DNA of 64,000 nucleotides from Emticicia sp. (GTDB taxonomy: Bacteria; Bacteroidota; Bacteroidia; Cytophagales; Spirosomataceae). Each line of letters opens with the position of its first letter. Positions within the stretch are counted from its first letter, which is position 1. Shown in pieces: positions 62,500 through 64,000 of the stretch. The translations under genes were made by a program, and so were the position numbers. Below the pieces are notes generated by a model, which worked only from the letters and a program-made list of their open reading frames with translations, was not told where the DNA came from and searched no databases. The stretch spans positions 7,259 to 71,258 of the forward strand of contig NZ_JBMLRC010000020.1 in assembly GCF_049241225.1 (NCBI RefSeq). Reading direction: 5' to 3'.

Positions 62500-62530
62500 C
62501 AAATGTAGATAATATTTATTTATGTGTCAA
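62500..62530 (-). promoter_or_regulatory. Primary-sigma promoter TTG-N20-TACATTTG for microprotein B
   Basis: TAnnTTTG at 62500-62507 and TTG at 62528-62530, the same spacing as both tRNA promoters in this window. Confidence 0.7.
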
Positions 62531-62708
62531 GTATTTTCAGAAAATTTTGAAAATTATATAAATATTGAACGCAAAACTTTATTTAACGGTAATCAGATAG
62601 ATTATTTGGGAGAAAAAACTCCTGTTTTTATTGCATTGTCTTTTGATATTTTACTTTATTTTGGTGTTAGTAGGTATAAAAATTTGTACTTTTGTCGAAA
62701 AAAAATCT

Positions 62709-63377
62709 GTGAAACTTGTATTAGTACCCACGCCAATTGGCAATTTAGAGGATATCACCTTACGAGCAATCAATGTTTTAAAATCAGCTGATTTGATTTT
62801 AGCGGAAGATACTCGGAATACGGGATTCTTACTAAAACACCTCGAAATCTCGAAACCACTTCAGAGTCATCATGCCTTTAATGAACATCAAACACTCAAT
62901 AAAGTGATTGATAGAATTAGAAAAGGCGATAAAATCGTATTAGTGTCTGATGCAGGTACTCCTGCTATTTCTGACCCTGGATTTTTATTAGTTCGTGAGT
63001 GTTTACGTAATGAAATAGAAGTTGAGTGCTTACCAGGCCCAACAGCTTTTGTTCCTGCATTAGTAAATTCAGGTTTGCCCTGTGATAGATTCACGTTTGA
63101 AGGGTTTTTACCAGTAAAAAAAGGCCGTCAGACTCGTATGAAAGCATTGGCTGAAGAAGAAAGAACTATGATTTTCTATGAATCTCCTTTCAGATTGGTA
63201 AAAACATTGGAACAATTTACTGAATATTTTGGTCCGGAGCGTCAAGCTTGTGTTTCGAGAGAAATTACAAAAATGTTTGAAGAAAATGTGCGTGGTACAT
63301 TGACCGAAGTCATTGCAAGTTTTGCCAATCGTACTGTGAAAGGAGAGATTGTCATAGTCGTAGCGGGAAAAGAGTAG
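62709..63377 (+). CDS. rsmI: 16S rRNA C1402 2'-O-methyltransferase
   Basis: PTPIGNLEDIT.RA, AEDTR, SDAGTP.ISDPG, FYESP and REITK.FEE. GTG start at 62709 follows a TACTTTTG box. Confidence 0.95.
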   Translation: MKLVLVPTPIGNLEDITLRAINVLKSADLILAEDTRNTGFLLKHLEISKPLQSHHAFNEHQTLNKVIDRIRKGDKIVLVSDAGTPAISDPGFLLVRECLRNEIEVECLPGPTAFVPALVNSGLPCDRFTFEGFLPVKKGRQTRMKALAEEERTMIFYESPFRLVKTLEQFTEYFGPERQACVSREITKMFEENVRGTLTEVIASFANRTVKGEIVIVVAGKE

Positions 63378-63407
63378 CCTATTATAACCTATATTTGAGT
63401 ATTTAGA

Positions 63408-64000
63408 ATGTTTGAAACCATCAAAAATCTTACTTTAGAACAGTTAGTAATCATTACATCTACGCCACTTTACACAATATTAATCGTTGGCGAGATACTT
63501 TTGAGCAATTTTCAGCACCGCCATTATTATACATTTAAAGATACCATTACGAATCTTTATCTAATGATTTTAAATGGTGGGTTGGATTTAATTTCAAGGG
63601 GTGTCACTTGGGGGATTTTGGCATGGGTCTATCAGTTTCATTTTGTCGAGATTCAAAACCCAATTTTATACTGGTTATTGCTTTTCGTGGCCGAAGATTT
63701 TGTGTATTACCTGCTTCACGTAGTTGACCATTACACCCGTTTTTTCTGGGCTTCGCACGTTACGCATCATTCGTCAGAACAATTCAATTTAACCGTTGGC
63801 TTTAGGTCATCGGTGTTTCAGCCACTTTATCGTTTTATCTATTTTATTCCTTTATCGTTGCTTGGATTCAAGGTGGCTGATATGGCAGTGATGTATTCAA
63901 TTACTCAGATTTATGGTATTTTGGTACATACAAGTTATATTCCAAAGCTTCGTAAAATGCCCTATAAGCTTTTGGAATACGTATTTGTGACACCTTCACA
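63408..64000 (+). CDS. Sterol desaturase/fatty acid hydroxylase family protein (runs off the window)
   Basis: Not in the ORF track. ATG 63408, His boxes DFVYYLLHVVDH and FWASHVTHHSSE, then FVTPS at the edge. Confidence 0.9.
   Translation, partial: MFETIKNLTLEQLVIITSTPLYTILIVGEILLSNFQHRHYYTFKDTITNLYLMILNGGLDLISRGVTWGILAWVYQFHFVEIQNPILYWLLLFVAEDFVYYLLHVVDHYTRFFWASHVTHHSSEQFNLTVGFRSSVFQPLYRFIYFIPLSLLGFKVADMAVMYSITQIYGILVHTSYIPKLRKMPYKLLEYVFVTPS

Overview
An AT-rich, mostly housekeeping chromosomal segment. The promoters match the Bacteroidota TTG-N19-21-TAnnTTTG pattern and the gene content suggests a Cytophagales, Emticicia-like organism (inference). From the left edge it holds a partial dnaA, a methylmalonyl-CoA mutase small subunit, and an ATP synthase block (atpI-like, atpB, atpE, atpF, atpH) that stops before atpA/atpG. 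Next come a decayed ISL3/ISAon1-type element with stacked ends beside tRNA-Asn, then rsmG, tgt, mpg, an orphan nuoD, crtY, lipA, exbBD, an ECF sigma/anti-sigma/Spy-like cassette, a split transketolase, divIVA-folB, several peptidases, photolyase, an AddB-like nuclease and an amino-sugar cassette. The right end holds tRNA-Ser, a pseudogene-rich zone, rsmI and a partial sterol-desaturase-like gene. The best new signal is a pair of paralogous 44- and 46-aa microproteins at 61979-62457, missed by the ORF track. They share a 20-residue core with 9 synonymous codon changes and only 1 non-synonymous change, and the upstream copy has its own consensus promoter. Other signals: a repeated AAATTAAAC-N17-GTCAAA motif that looks like the ECF sigma's own promoter, a 161-bp nested inverted repeat, short-period inverted repeats at gene junctions, a divergent YhhN-like/alpha-oxoamine-synthase pair, and a Cys-rich secreted protein with a duplicated unknown domain. 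No CRISPR array, rRNA or prophage was seen. All calls were made by eye; no searches were run.
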